DNA of 33,971 bases, from IMG/VR virus record IMGVR_UViG_3300031565_000195, positions 1 through 33,971 of that record. One strand, given 5' to 3'. The notes under the pieces were generated by a model. It saw only the letters and a program-made list of their open reading frames with translations, was not told the DNA's origin and made no database searches. This DNA is from a virus. Lineage: Duplodnaviria; Caudoviricetes. Positions 17,342 to 26,260 of the stretch are shown piece after piece. Each line of letters starts with the position of its first letter. The stretch's first letter is position 1. A program made the translations under genes and the position numbers.

Positions 17342-17544
17342 CTCAACCTCACTTTAGAGGTTACTTCTATGGTTTCGATTTGATATTCACTGCCTTGAAT
17401 TACTGCATGAATTTGTGTGCCATAATGGGCATTTTCATCATCTTCAATCGCTTTTATTTCAGCAACTCTAAGCTCAGCATCTTTAACTTCTTCAAATTTT
17501 TCTATCTCCATGCCATCATAATTTGACCAAATTAGAAATATCAT
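17338..17544 (-). CDS. Hypothetical protein
   Basis: AAGGAGG RBS; coupled to the next gene. Confidence 0.65.
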   Translation of the reverse strand: MIFLIWSNYDGMEIEKFEEVKDAELRVAEIKAIEDDENAHYGTQIHAVIQGSEYQIETIEVTSKVRLR

Positions 17545-17553
17545 CCTACCTCC

Positions 17554-17682
17554 TTATGGAATCCTTTTAAATATCGGATCAAGTATTTTATCCAACAATT
17601 TAAAAAAAGGGTTTGTGGGCCAATAGATGATTAGAATTACGCCAATTATTACCCCTAGACAAACTGTTATAAAATTCCACAT
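17554..17682 (-). CDS. Small membrane protein (42 aa, not in ORF track)
   Basis: MWNFITVCLGVIIGVILIIYWP...; GGAGGAG RBS within the end of the upstream gene. Confidence 0.5.
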   Translation of the reverse strand: MWNFITVCLGVIIGVILIIYWPTNPFFKLLDKILDPIFKRIP

Positions 17683-17683
17683 C

Positions 17684-17866
17684 TTATCTCCTCCCCTGGA
17701 AATATTTATAAATTATAGGATGTTTTATTTTTAAGTGTTGGTTAAACTCAAACTCCGAATAATATTGTGGGACCGCAGGAATAAGACTTTTTTCATTAAT
17801 ATCTTTTTCCCAAAAAGCATCTGTTACACAATAGGCACAGGGCCAAACTTTAATCTTTAGATTCAT
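17684..17866 (-). CDS. Small C2H2-like zinc-finger protein
   Basis: CAYC...HLKIKH; ATGA overlap with TerL; AT-rich. Confidence 0.55.
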   Translation of the reverse strand: MNLKIKVWPCAYCVTDAFWEKDINEKSLIPAVPQYYSEFEFNQHLKIKHPIIYKYFQGRR

Positions 17867-20595
17867 CTCCTCCCTTGAAAATATCGTTTCGGTTTATCTA
17901 CACGGCGTTCCGGCCTTTCCCTCCTGGGCCTGAAGGCAGGGTTCTTGAACAGGGCCTCCACCACCATATTAAAATGACTCCATTTATCCTGCGCCTTATT
18001 CTTCTCGCCCCTCTGAATCCTGTCTTTCTCCGCTACAAACTCTTCCCACCGCCACATCCTCATCATCTTGGCCGCAGTCTTGCAATCATTGAGAATCCAT
18101 AGGGTGGGCAGAAAGATTGTCCTCCCATCCTTGGTAACTTTGTTGTTGAACGGTCTCCCGCACTCCCTGGAGTTTTTCAGCCTCTTCTTTATCTCATCCC
18201 GGCCCTTTTCGCCCTTGGTGTCCCATGTCTGCCAGTACGCCCCGGTCCCAATACCTTCCCGTTTGAGTTCGTGAAATTCCCGGTTGATATCATCGAGTAC
18301 GGTTATCTTATCTTTCTTTATGCCCTCGGACAAGGGATCTATGAGATTGAGGATGAACTTGTAGTCCTTTCCCATCAAAGCGAAGTTGTAGCATATTTCC
18401 TTGGTGATGAGTTTGTCGGGCGAGGGATTGTAATCGCACCATATAACGGCCTCGTTCTCCGATGACAGAGACATACAGCCACACGCCCACGGGGTCTGGG
18501 GATGATAGTCTATCCCCCTGCCATGCGTCCAAAAGTGGGGTATGCCATAGGGGAAATATGTGTCCTTGTCAATCATGTGGATCGAGTAATCAAACCCTTT
18601 GAATATCCTACCCTTGACCTGCTTGTGTACGCCGAATCGCCTGGTAGCGACAACATCTGGGTCGTCATACTGGCTCATCTGGTTTTCTATCGCTTCTTTG
18701 GTGAGGGTAGGGTTATCATCGGTGGCCGCTTGGATTACCGCGATAGAATTCGGGCTTTCGGTATATTCAATCTGTTCGGGTTTGTAATCGGAGGTTTCCA
18801 AGAAGTCACAAACAGCCTTAGTCCGGATATAAACCTGGGCGCGTTCAAATATCTCGTCATACGTCCATGAATTGGATGTGATGTAAATTGTGCCATTCCG
18901 CTTTGCAACAAGAGTATTGTTTTTAGCAACTGTAGGGCACCATATTATGCCTTTATAATCTACATATTCTCTTTTTAAACTGCATACATGGGTAAAAGGT
19001 TTATACCGTTTTGAATTTAATCGTTGTATATTCGCCCTATATACGATAGCACCATGACTTGTAATCTCTGATTCTTCTGTTGATTTTCTTCCCAATAAAA
19101 TACACAAAATATGAAAAGCATCGAGAGTCTTTCTTGTGCATCTAAATCTGTCTGTAACACCAGATCGACATCCATCACCATCAATAAGGGTTTCATACAA
19201 TAAACTTTGTTGTTTTTTTGTAAGAGAGAAAACAAATTCTGATGTTAATTCTCTTGTGGGAAATAAACTTCGCAACAAATCAACTTCTTTTCCATTAATA
19301 GTCCATGTGTAATTAATTCCTTCTCCACCCTCTCCTGGATGGTTGATATATCTATTATGCTTATTTTTTACATTGTTTATGTTAGATACGATTTTTTTAA
19401 TCTTTAAACATTTATCTTTATTGGCTGTCCAAGATTGATGAATAAAAATTTGCCTTCTCTCTGTAGGCATTGCTCCATCTGTCAAGAACCATCCAACCAA
19501 CTCTACAAACCAATCTTCATATACTTGCGAATGTTCTATTGTATTTTGTGCTGCTCTAAAAATCTTATGATGAGTTTTTAAATCTTTAGTCTGTCTTCGT
19601 TCTATCTTTCCATTAATTTTATGAACAATGGGCCATTTATGCTCAGGTGTTACTAAAGCATCAAACCCCTTACATTTTAAGGAAATCATTTTATCATCAT
19701 AAGTATATTCTTTAAACATTCCTTCAATGGGTTGCCATTCATAATCCTTTGTTTCAGTGTTGAATGTTAAGGCTAATTGCCCTGTCTTAACTGTATTATC
19801 ATTAACCCAACCATTCTGAGTTAATATTTCTGTCTCTATATCAAAACATATTCTATTAGCGGCTGTTAATGACAAGAGCAGATCCCCATCCTCGGCCATC
19901 AATCTCGGCAGTTGTTCCTCATGAAAATCCCAATTCGGTTCCTCATCCTCCCAAACGCTCAATCGCTGTTTTCCCGCCGTGCTCTGCACTGTCTGGCTGT
20001 AGGCCACAAACTCCACTATGATATCATCGCCCTTGTATTCCTGACCACATAATACCTTGCCCCTATTGGGGTCGGCAATAATCATCGCCATATTGCGAAA
20101 CGTGATATCCCTTTTCATCAGAAACGGGGGGAGCCATTTCTTGAATTCGGGATATACGGAATTCTTGACTTCCGCAGATGAACTCGCATCTCCGGTGGTC
20201 GCCTTCTCCCCCGGTAGGACTTCCGAAGCAAACCTGAATATCCTGCATCCTCTCTCGTGAATCTTTATCTCCTGCTTGCACTGGGGGCATATCCAATCTT
20301 TGGGTAGCGTCACTATGTTGAAATAATGCTTATCCGGACACTCAAAATAGAGTACGTTTTTCTCGGGAACCGGGTGCCAACCGTGAATTCGCAGTACATA
20401 GTTGTATGCACAGGACGCGGTTTTCATCGCCTGGTTTCCGGTAAAAAGGGCGATTAGCGAATGTCTGCATTGCACAAATTGTTGAAAGGCCCATGTCCAG
20501 ACGAACTTAAAATAGTTCGAGTAGTTCTCAAGTATTGTAAGGTCGGCCTGGCTTATTTCCGGTTGCTCGGTTTTTTGGACAGCGGTTTTCGCCAC
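17863..20595 (-). CDS. terL: Terminase large subunit, intein-containing
   Basis: Walker A-like GNQAMKT, Walker B VWEDEEP, DNPTL motif, nuclease GIDYHP; upstream of the portal. Confidence 0.9.
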   Translation of the reverse strand: MAKTAVQKTEQPEISQADLTILENYSNYFKFVWTWAFQQFVQCRHSLIALFTGNQAMKTASCAYNYVLRIHGWHPVPEKNVLYFECPDKHYFNIVTLPKDWICPQCKQEIKIHERGCRIFRFASEVLPGEKATTGDASSSAEVKNSVYPEFKKWLPPFLMKRDITFRNMAMIIADPNRGKVLCGQEYKGDDIIVEFVAYSQTVQSTAGKQRLSVWEDEEPNWDFHEEQLPRLMAEDGDLLLSLTAANRICFDIETEILTQNGWVNDNTVKTGQLALTFNTETKDYEWQPIEGMFKEYTYDDKMISLKCKGFDALVTPEHKWPIVHKINGKIERRQTKDLKTHHKIFRAAQNTIEHSQVYEDWFVELVGWFLTDGAMPTERRQIFIHQSWTANKDKCLKIKKIVSNINNVKNKHNRYINHPGEGGEGINYTWTINGKEVDLLRSLFPTRELTSEFVFSLTKKQQSLLYETLIDGDGCRSGVTDRFRCTRKTLDAFHILCILLGRKSTEESEITSHGAIVYRANIQRLNSKRYKPFTHVCSLKREYVDYKGIIWCPTVAKNNTLVAKRNGTIYITSNSWTYDEIFERAQVYIRTKAVCDFLETSDYKPEQIEYTESPNSIAVIQAATDDNPTLTKEAIENQMSQYDDPDVVATRRFGVHKQVKGRIFKGFDYSIHMIDKDTYFPYGIPHFWTHGRGIDYHPQTPWACGCMSLSSENEAVIWCDYNPSPDKLITKEICYNFALMGKDYKFILNLIDPLSEGIKKDKITVLDDINREFHELKREGIGTGAYWQTWDTKGEKGRDEIKKRLKNSRECGRPFNNKVTKDGRTIFLPTLWILNDCKTAAKMMRMWRWEEFVAEKDRIQRGEKNKAQDKWSHFNMVVEALFKNPAFRPRRERPERRVDKPKRYFQGRR
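18871..19848 (-). mobile_element. Intein with LAGLIDADG homing endonuclease in TerL (326 aa)
   Basis: Starts CFDIETEILTQNGW, block B VTPEHKW, ELVGWFLTDG and LYETLIDGDG, ends YITSN before Ser+1; clearly more AT-rich than its flanks. Confidence 0.9.
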
Positions 20596-20600
20596 TTCTG

Positions 20601-20798
20601 TTATTTTTTACCTTTCTTCTTCTGAACACCACCGGCAACCGTAGTACCGCCTCTTTTCCCTTTTTTGGATACTACCCTTATATGGATATACCGCCCAGGC
20701 TTGGGAACGATTGTTCTGATTCTCTTTACTTTTCCCCTACCCGGAACCTTCTTCCCTGGTTTATCCGCTAGAGTTTTTTTACATCCTTTTCCCGGCAT
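20601..20798 (-). CDS. Small Lys/Gly/Arg-rich basic protein
   Basis: 65 aa, almost no acidic residues; AGAGGA RBS. Confidence 0.65.
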   Translation of the reverse strand: MPGKGCKKTLADKPGKKVPGRGKVKRIRTIVPKPGRYIHIRVVSKKGKRGGTTVAGGVQKKKGKK

Positions 20799-20807
20799 GA
20801 TATTCCT

Positions 20808-21005
20808 CTACTTCCAACCCATTATCTCTTTAAACTCCTTGATCTGCTTTTTCGTCCTCACACCCGATGGAAGTGTAACCCTCCGCTTTTTCCTTTTGGG
20901 TGTTGTAGGTGTGGGTTTCGCCTTCTTGGGCTTTGTCGGTGGCGGAAAACCATATTCCTTTCTAAGTCTCTGTATTCGTTTTAGTCTTTTCTCTACTTCT
21001 GTCAT
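20808..21005 (-). CDS. Small Lys/Arg/Pro-rich basic protein
   Basis: 65 aa; PPPTKPKKAKPTPTTPKRKKRR. Confidence 0.6.
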   Translation of the reverse strand: MTEVEKRLKRIQRLRKEYGFPPPTKPKKAKPTPTTPKRKKRRVTLPSGVRTKKQIKEFKEIMGWK

Positions 21006-21216
21006 TTGTCAGCACCTTGTTTTTATTAAATGCCGTTTGTATCGTGAACATAAGCCCTCGTACATTGTTTATCGTGACACGGTTGTCCCTTTCCACGATG
21101 AAAAACTCATTTATAGCTTGGGATACTGCCTTCTCTAATTCTGTAGGTTTTTCAATCTCAATGATATCCTCGGGATTAATAAATATCTCTTTCTTGTCAG
21201 GTTGTTTGCCTGCCAT
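20962..21216 (-). CDS. Hypothetical protein
   Basis: AGGAG RBS; 84 aa. Confidence 0.6.
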   Translation of the reverse strand: MAGKQPDKKEIFINPEDIIEIEKPTELEKAVSQAINEFFIVERDNRVTINNVRGLMFTIQTAFNKNKVLTNDRSREKTKTNTET

Positions 21217-21308
21217 TAGTTCACTCCTATTCTAAGGATGATGATACGCTCGCCAAATTCGATAACGAAAAACTCAAAAGGGCCTTTTGTAAATGAATGG
21301 GTTATCAT

Positions 21309-21749
21309 TTATCTCGTTGTAGCATTGCCCGTTAATGTCTCCTTCAATCGGCTGCCGAAGTAGAAACCTATAATTAAAAGCAAAACAAAATGTTGTTCTT
21401 TTGTGATCATTACCGGGAAATATTTAAAGCCAAACCAGGCAGATAGGTTCTGCCCCCAGATGGCATAAAACTCGGTTGAAAGTGAACCAATACCACCAAA
21501 GGGCCTCACAAAGCCATTGAGTACCCGAATCAGCCAGGGTTGCTTCTGTGTCTGCATCTCGGTCATAAACATCTTTCTGGCCGAATCGGTTGAACCCTCG
21601 GATATGGCAAATATGGTTGCGTATTTATCTGCCTTCTCAGACTCCGACATCTTCTTAGGTGGCAAAATCCGTTCACCTATGAATTTCGCGGCTCCCCCAA
21701 CTACACTGGCAACCTGTTTGATAGGGTTTAGAAAGTCTAGGAATCCCAT
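21309..21749 (-). CDS. Putative holin (GTA 3TM holin-like)
   Basis: W...VRP followed by hydrophobic segments and IIGFYFGSR.KE motif; near the endolysin. Confidence 0.65.
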   Translation of the reverse strand: MGFLDFLNPIKQVASVVGGAAKFIGERILPPKKMSESEKADKYATIFAISEGSTDSARKMFMTEMQTQKQPWLIRVLNGFVRPFGGIGSLSTEFYAIWGQNLSAWFGFKYFPVMITKEQHFVLLLIIGFYFGSRLKETLTGNATTR

Positions 21750-22015
21750 TAGTGCCTCCGCGCATAAAATTTATCCAAAAATACTGCCAATGTTTCTATG
21801 TTTGGAAATAAATGCCATAGATTTGCGTGGATAAATTGCAGTATTGTCTCCCCCTCAAATGAAGGAACCCATTTTTGTCCTCGGCAATAATCACATATTG
21901 TTGTGGTTTGGCCTTCTGCAGTTCCTTTGCAAATTGGGCATTTATCTTCTAAGATTATTTCACGCTCGGTTCCTTGGAATAATGTAAATGGGCGGTTGTG
22001 CATTATAAATCCCAT
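21749..22015 (-). CDS. Small zinc-finger hypothetical protein
   Basis: CPICKG...CDYCRG; start uncertain. Confidence 0.55.
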   Translation of the reverse strand: MGFIMHNRPFTLFQGTEREIILEDKCPICKGTAEGQTTTICDYCRGQKWVPSFEGETILQFIHANLWHLFPNIETLAVFLDKFYARRH

Positions 22016-22233
22016 TCTTTCCCTTTCTTCTCAAAATATTCTAAGGTTAATATCATCCCACCCAAAAATGAAATGAAACCTGAGAGAAATAAAATGATAA
22101 AGATCCAAAATATCTCTTTAAAATAATAAGCAACAAAAAAGGTTATCAATCCTGAGATGAAAAAAGAAATTAATAATCCATATTTTGTTGATAAATTTTT
22201 GGCTATTGTTAATTCCACTTTTTTGAGTTGCAT
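22003..22233 (-). CDS. Small two-TM membrane protein
   Basis: Two hydrophobic segments; AAGGAGG RBS; very AT-rich. Confidence 0.6.
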   Translation of the reverse strand: MQLKKVELTIAKNLSTKYGLLISFFISGLITFFVAYYFKEIFWIFIILFLSGFISFLGGMILTLEYFEKKGKEWDL

Positions 22234-22541
22234 CAGCCCTCCTTATCCACCATATCATCTGGGGTGAATACTGGTTCTTCACCAACTTTGGGTGAATTTA
22301 CATTAATCGCATCTACCTTTAAACACATCCCACACCACGGGCAATAGTTATAGTTTATGGGCGTTATGTCGAGTCCGCAGTTAGGGCAGCGCATGTTTAC
22401 ATCCCTCACAACACATTCTTATTTCTGGATCGTAATCACATAGTTCTGAATCAACATCATCGCCTTCAAAATAGAGATTCAAAGGGCAAATGGGCACAGG
22501 GTAATCTTTTATATCGTCTATTCCATCATAGTGTTTTATTC

Positions 22542-22979
22542 TCATCTCCCCCCCATCAATTCAGCCATTCGCTCGCATCTTCCGGGTGTCTGGGTATGCC
22601 ACACACTATCAAGCATCTGCTTAGAGGCCTCTGCGAAGTCCTCTTGCTCTATGGCCCTCAACATCTTGCGAAACCCCTTCACTCCTGCAAGGCCGAGCTG
22701 GTATATCATGCATACGAGCACCATGATTTGAACCTCGCTCATGTGGGCTAAATGCTTCGGGAAATGGAGCAGGTCAACGTCTATGATGCGCTTTACCCGG
22801 TTCTCCAGAAGCATACGGGCATCTTCCTGGGTGATGTTTACCGTGCCGTAACCGATAGTGGGAGTGCCGATCACGGTATCACCGGAGTTTATACGCTTGC
22901 CCGTGGCATCGTCATAGATGTAGAGGCGACAACCCTCCTCTTTGGCGAGGATGTTTATGATATTATTTTGGATGTCCAT
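22542..22979 (-). CDS. Endolysin, T4-lysozyme-like (GH24)
   Basis: Start moved to ATG 22979; EEG.RL..Y.D..G...TIGYG, M.YQLG..GV.GF.KM, MLDS.W..QTP.R. Confidence 0.85.
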   Translation of the reverse strand: MDIQNNIINILAKEEGCRLYIYDDATGKRINSGDTVIGTPTIGYGTVNITQEDARMLLENRVKRIIDVDLLHFPKHLAHMSEVQIMVLVCMIYQLGLAGVKGFRKMLRAIEQEDFAEASKQMLDSVWHTQTPGRCERMAELMGGR

Positions 22980-23157
22980 TCCTGTGTTCCTCTTCCCTTT
23001 CATGCCCCCTGAGTATATTGATGAGCGTCTTTCGTTTCTCGATGAGCGCTTTCCGTAAAGGGCATCTGTCATAATTGTCCATAACAGCGCATTCATCTGT
23101 CTTAGCAAGCCAAGCATCGATAGCCGTCATTAACTCCTGTAAGACTTGGTGGTTCAT
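22963..23157 (-). CDS. Hypothetical protein
   Basis: 64-aa ORF packed between neighbours. Confidence 0.5.
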   Translation of the reverse strand: MNHQVLQELMTAIDAWLAKTDECAVMDNYDRCPLRKALIEKRKTLINILRGHEREEEHRNGHPK

Positions 23158-23601
23158 TTAAATCGTCTTTGGCTTCACACAGGGATCATCTTCGATAAAT
23201 ACCAACGCTACAAACTCTTCCTCAGAGCAGGGCCAGGGTTCTCCGTTCACATATTTCCAATATTTTGCTACTCCACTGCCATCACCCATAGATACGCCTA
23301 GGAAAACAGGACAGTTCATGGCGGCTACAATCACGTAACCGGGCTTCGATTCTTGGAGGTATTGCAATAAAACCGTGTACTCGCCACCCCATACCGGCCA
23401 GAACATATACTCGCCTATATTGGTGACTAGATCTTCACATTCCACGGGTAGAAGAATGGTCTGGGGTTCGCCCTTATAAGAAATGCCCTGGTGTTTAAGA
23501 TAGTCGGAAGTGGTTAATTGTGACGCTGCAATCCCCAGCATGAGGAAGATTCCCATAATGGCTAGGAGTGCAAAGCCTTTGTTGTTGTGTAATGTTTTCA
23601 T
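23158..23601 (-). CDS. Protein with type IV prepilin-like N-terminus
   Basis: Start moved to ATG 23601 (GGAG RBS); MKTLHNNKG|FALLAIMGIFLMLGIAAS. Confidence 0.5.
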   Translation of the reverse strand: MKTLHNNKGFALLAIMGIFLMLGIAASQLTTSDYLKHQGISYKGEPQTILLPVECEDLVTNIGEYMFWPVWGGEYTVLLQYLQESKPGYVIVAAMNCPVFLGVSMGDGSGVAKYWKYVNGEPWPCSEEEFVALVFIEDDPCVKPKTI

Positions 23602-23782
23602 CTTGTACTCCGGGTTAAAGGGTTGATCAAATTCGTTAGACATACACCACCATAAGCATGAAGCCATCCCACCCAAACCAGTAATGAGGGTATTTCTCTT
23701 GCGCCTCTTCCATTGATTTCCATGCAGCCTCTTGTTGCTCTGGGTGTCGGCTAAAATAGTTTATCATGCGATTGCTCATATT

Positions 23783-23941
23783 TTAAACACTCCACCCATG
23801 ATATTCGTTTTTCCATGGAGCACCTTCTGGCCTGGTTCTTTCGATTCTCCGCCTCCATTTAGTGGCAGCTTTTTTCAGCCATTTTTTGTAATGCCGGGAC
23901 CACTCCCAAGAACATATCTGCTCGGGTTTTCCGTATGCCAT
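23783..23941 (-). CDS. Small basic Trp-rich protein (52 aa, not in ORF track)
   Basis: MAYGKPEQICSWEW...YHGWSV read by hand; AAGGAGG RBS. Confidence 0.55.
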   Translation of the reverse strand: MAYGKPEQICSWEWSRHYKKWLKKAATKWRRRIERTRPEGAPWKNEYHGWSV

Positions 23942-24483
23942 TTATCTAGGCCTCCTTTGCACTTTGGTCGTGTCCCATAATTAAGATTATGTTCCTCAGT
24001 TGTAATCCCCGCTAATCCAACTATATCCAGGTTTTGGTAATACTGGATAAAGTGGTTTCATTTGCTTCCTCACGTAGGCACCCACGGCTCGAAAGCTGTG
24101 GGGGGGTTATTAACAATAGATACCAGCCATTCCAGTATTGAGGATCGCATATTATTTCATCAATGGAAGGCTGGGGGTTAGCCAAAGGACAGTGAGGTTC
24201 ATGTTCCCCAGCGGTGTTTCTATTCATCCCCTGTCGTCCTCCTCGTGTGAATGTGTGTGGGTGTGGTTGAGATTATAATACTGAAATCCGGAACCGGCAT
24301 CCCGCTCCCCCCCCTTCCCCTGGGCCTGAAAACTGGATCGAGGGGCCTCGCCAGCAGCCCTGCGAACTACTGTAAGTCATGTCATACACATGCTCATCAC
24401 TCTCATAATTTTTTACCTGTTCTATATTGCCAGTAATATCAATGGGTTGCCCGTTCTGTGTCTGATAAAAACCATTATGTAAA

Positions 24484-25014
24484 CTAATCCACTGCCTCAG
24501 CATCTAATACCTCGGAATCATTATATAATTTGGATTTATCTTCTATTAAATGGGGGGTTGGGAGTTGTCTTGTACCCCAGTCTTGGAGGATAGCGTTGGT
24601 GTTGGGGGAAAGGACGGTAGATCCACGTAGATCATTGTAGATATTCTGGACAAATGTTGACGCGTGTGGGGTGCTAATGCCCGTGTTTCTTAACGTAACC
24701 TCTGCGACCTTAACCCTCATCGCCTCATCATCACTATACAAGGCTGCATCTAATACGTTACAGGCAGCAGGTATCCTCATCACCTCACGCCTACCACCAT
24801 AGTCTAATAATGCCTTTACATTTTCCCTTTGTAGCCTCCGGGCTATGGCATCTTTTGACTTGCCTAAAATCTTACCTATGGTTCTATTCGACTTACCCGC
24901 CAGCCTTAACGCAACAATGGTTGCCTCTTCCTCATTGGCTGTTGCTGTTATAGGCTCATTTTGGCTTGTTTCTTCACACATATCACTATTTAGTTGATTA
25001 GTTGATTTCAACAA
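24484..25014 (-). CDS. HTH protein, probable terminase small subunit
   Basis: IVALRLAGKSNRTIGKILGKSKDAIARRL HTH, then helical oligomerisation-like region and acidic VLDAE tail; true start probably internal (MCEET). Confidence 0.55.
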   Translation of the reverse strand: MLKSTNQLNSDMCEETSQNEPITATANEEEATIVALRLAGKSNRTIGKILGKSKDAIARRLQRENVKALLDYGGRREVMRIPAACNVLDAALYSDDEAMRVKVAEVTLRNTGISTPHASTFVQNIYNDLRGSTVLSPNTNAILQDWGTRQLPTPHLIEDKSKLYNDSEVLDAEAVD

Positions 25015-25039
25015 TACAACTATACTAATTGCTTGTCAA

Positions 25040-25816
25040 CTAATTTATTGCTTTCCCTTCACACACCGCACAATACCCTTCATCACCGATATATACTCCT
25101 GTAGTGCCACACTCCTTGCATTCAAGAGGTGTACCCTTACCTTGTGGCTTGCACTCCTCATTGAGATATCCCTCAAAATTGCTGGCTCTAAACAAAGTAA
25201 CCGGCCTGAAATACTTTTTATCGAAGTCTTTATCCTCCCACTTACGATCAATCACGAGCTTACATTCTTCAAGGGTGTGATCTTCATCTAAGCGCCCGAT
25301 GATTGGTTTTAGATTTGAATCAGAATAAGAAAAAGCACGTCCCCCAATTTCATTGAGATAGTCGATTACCTCCCGCGCCTTACTTTGTCTTATCTTAATA
25401 TAACTTAACTTAACTTCAGCGGGAGTATGCCCGGAGTCCGCCGGGAGTTCGCCTGGATATGACGGCTCGCACTCATCAGGTGGTGGTATGGTGGATTTCT
25501 TTTCTCGATCTTCCCTGATATTCTGCTCTTCCCGGAAATGTCGTAGCTCAAAGAAGCGGTCACCATCACTCGAGTAGATATAAATCAGCTCATTTTGAGC
25601 CATATCCGTGAGGTATTGGTCAACCTTATCCTCTGTTATGTGCTTTAGCCTGGGCACCACTTGGCCTTTCACCACAGCCGGATCTGAAGAGTAGCGCCCT
25701 TCGATGTCAAGATGAGGTATCAGCCAAGTATAGAGCAACCTAGCTGAATCAGTTTTAAGGGCAGCCAACCTTCTACTCATGGATATTTTCTTTTTGAGCA
25801 TTCTACCTTCAGCCAT
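25040..25816 (-). CDS. Replication initiator / replisome organiser with conserved phage C-terminal domain
   Basis: N-terminal R.LKK....ARLLYTWLI...D.EGR; C-terminal VIDYLN...YFRPVTLF...FEGYLNE. Confidence 0.75.
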   Translation of the reverse strand: MAEGRMLKKKISMSRRLAALKTDSARLLYTWLIPHLDIEGRYSSDPAVVKGQVVPRLKHITEDKVDQYLTDMAQNELIYIYSSDGDRFFELRHFREEQNIREDREKKSTIPPPDECEPSYPGELPADSGHTPAEVKLSYIKIRQSKAREVIDYLNEIGGRAFSYSDSNLKPIIGRLDEDHTLEECKLVIDRKWEDKDFDKKYFRPVTLFRASNFEGYLNEECKPQGKGTPLECKECGTTGVYIGDEGYCAVCEGKAIN

Positions 25817-25891
25817 CTTTCACCTCATTCCAGATTATGTAAACTTATCTCCCCAACCAGATACTTTGTATTCACTCATAGCGAGGGCAGG

Positions 25892-26260
25892 TTAAGGATT
25901 CCCCAAACTAAGCAGAAACCCTAGATTCTCCATCACCCACTCTCTATCTGTGGGATGTCCATTCATGCTCGCGTAATATCCGGCTGCGTATGGTCGAAAC
26001 CATTCCGAATGCTCGAACATATATCTCTGCTCCATCACAACCTTCGCCTGTATATGTAGATGGCACCTTTGGCATAGTGCCGGTGTGTTGTACCACTCGC
26101 AATTCGCCGGATCTAGGTCGAGATGGTGAACGGTCAATACATGCCCGGTGTTGATATCATGTGGGTGTCCACACCTAACACATTGCCACCCTGCGGCCTT
26201 TTTGACCTGGGTAGCTATCTCAAGCCAATTATCAGGGTATTCGGAGATGGACTTACGCAT
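25892..26260 (-). CDS. HNH endonuclease-like protein
   Basis: YP.NW...CVRCG...LTVHHLD....N....ALCQRCHL. Confidence 0.8.
   Translation of the reverse strand: MRKSISEYPDNWLEIATQVKKAAGWQCVRCGHPHDINTGHVLTVHHLDLDPANCEWYNTPALCQRCHLHIQAKVVMEQRYMFEHSEWFRPYAAGYYASMNGHPTDREWVMENLGFLLSLGNP

Noticed and set aside
25011-25039. TTGACA-17-TATTGT promoter before the probable terS
   Set aside because: Plausible, but the -10 is weak and the region is AT-rich, so not listed as a feature
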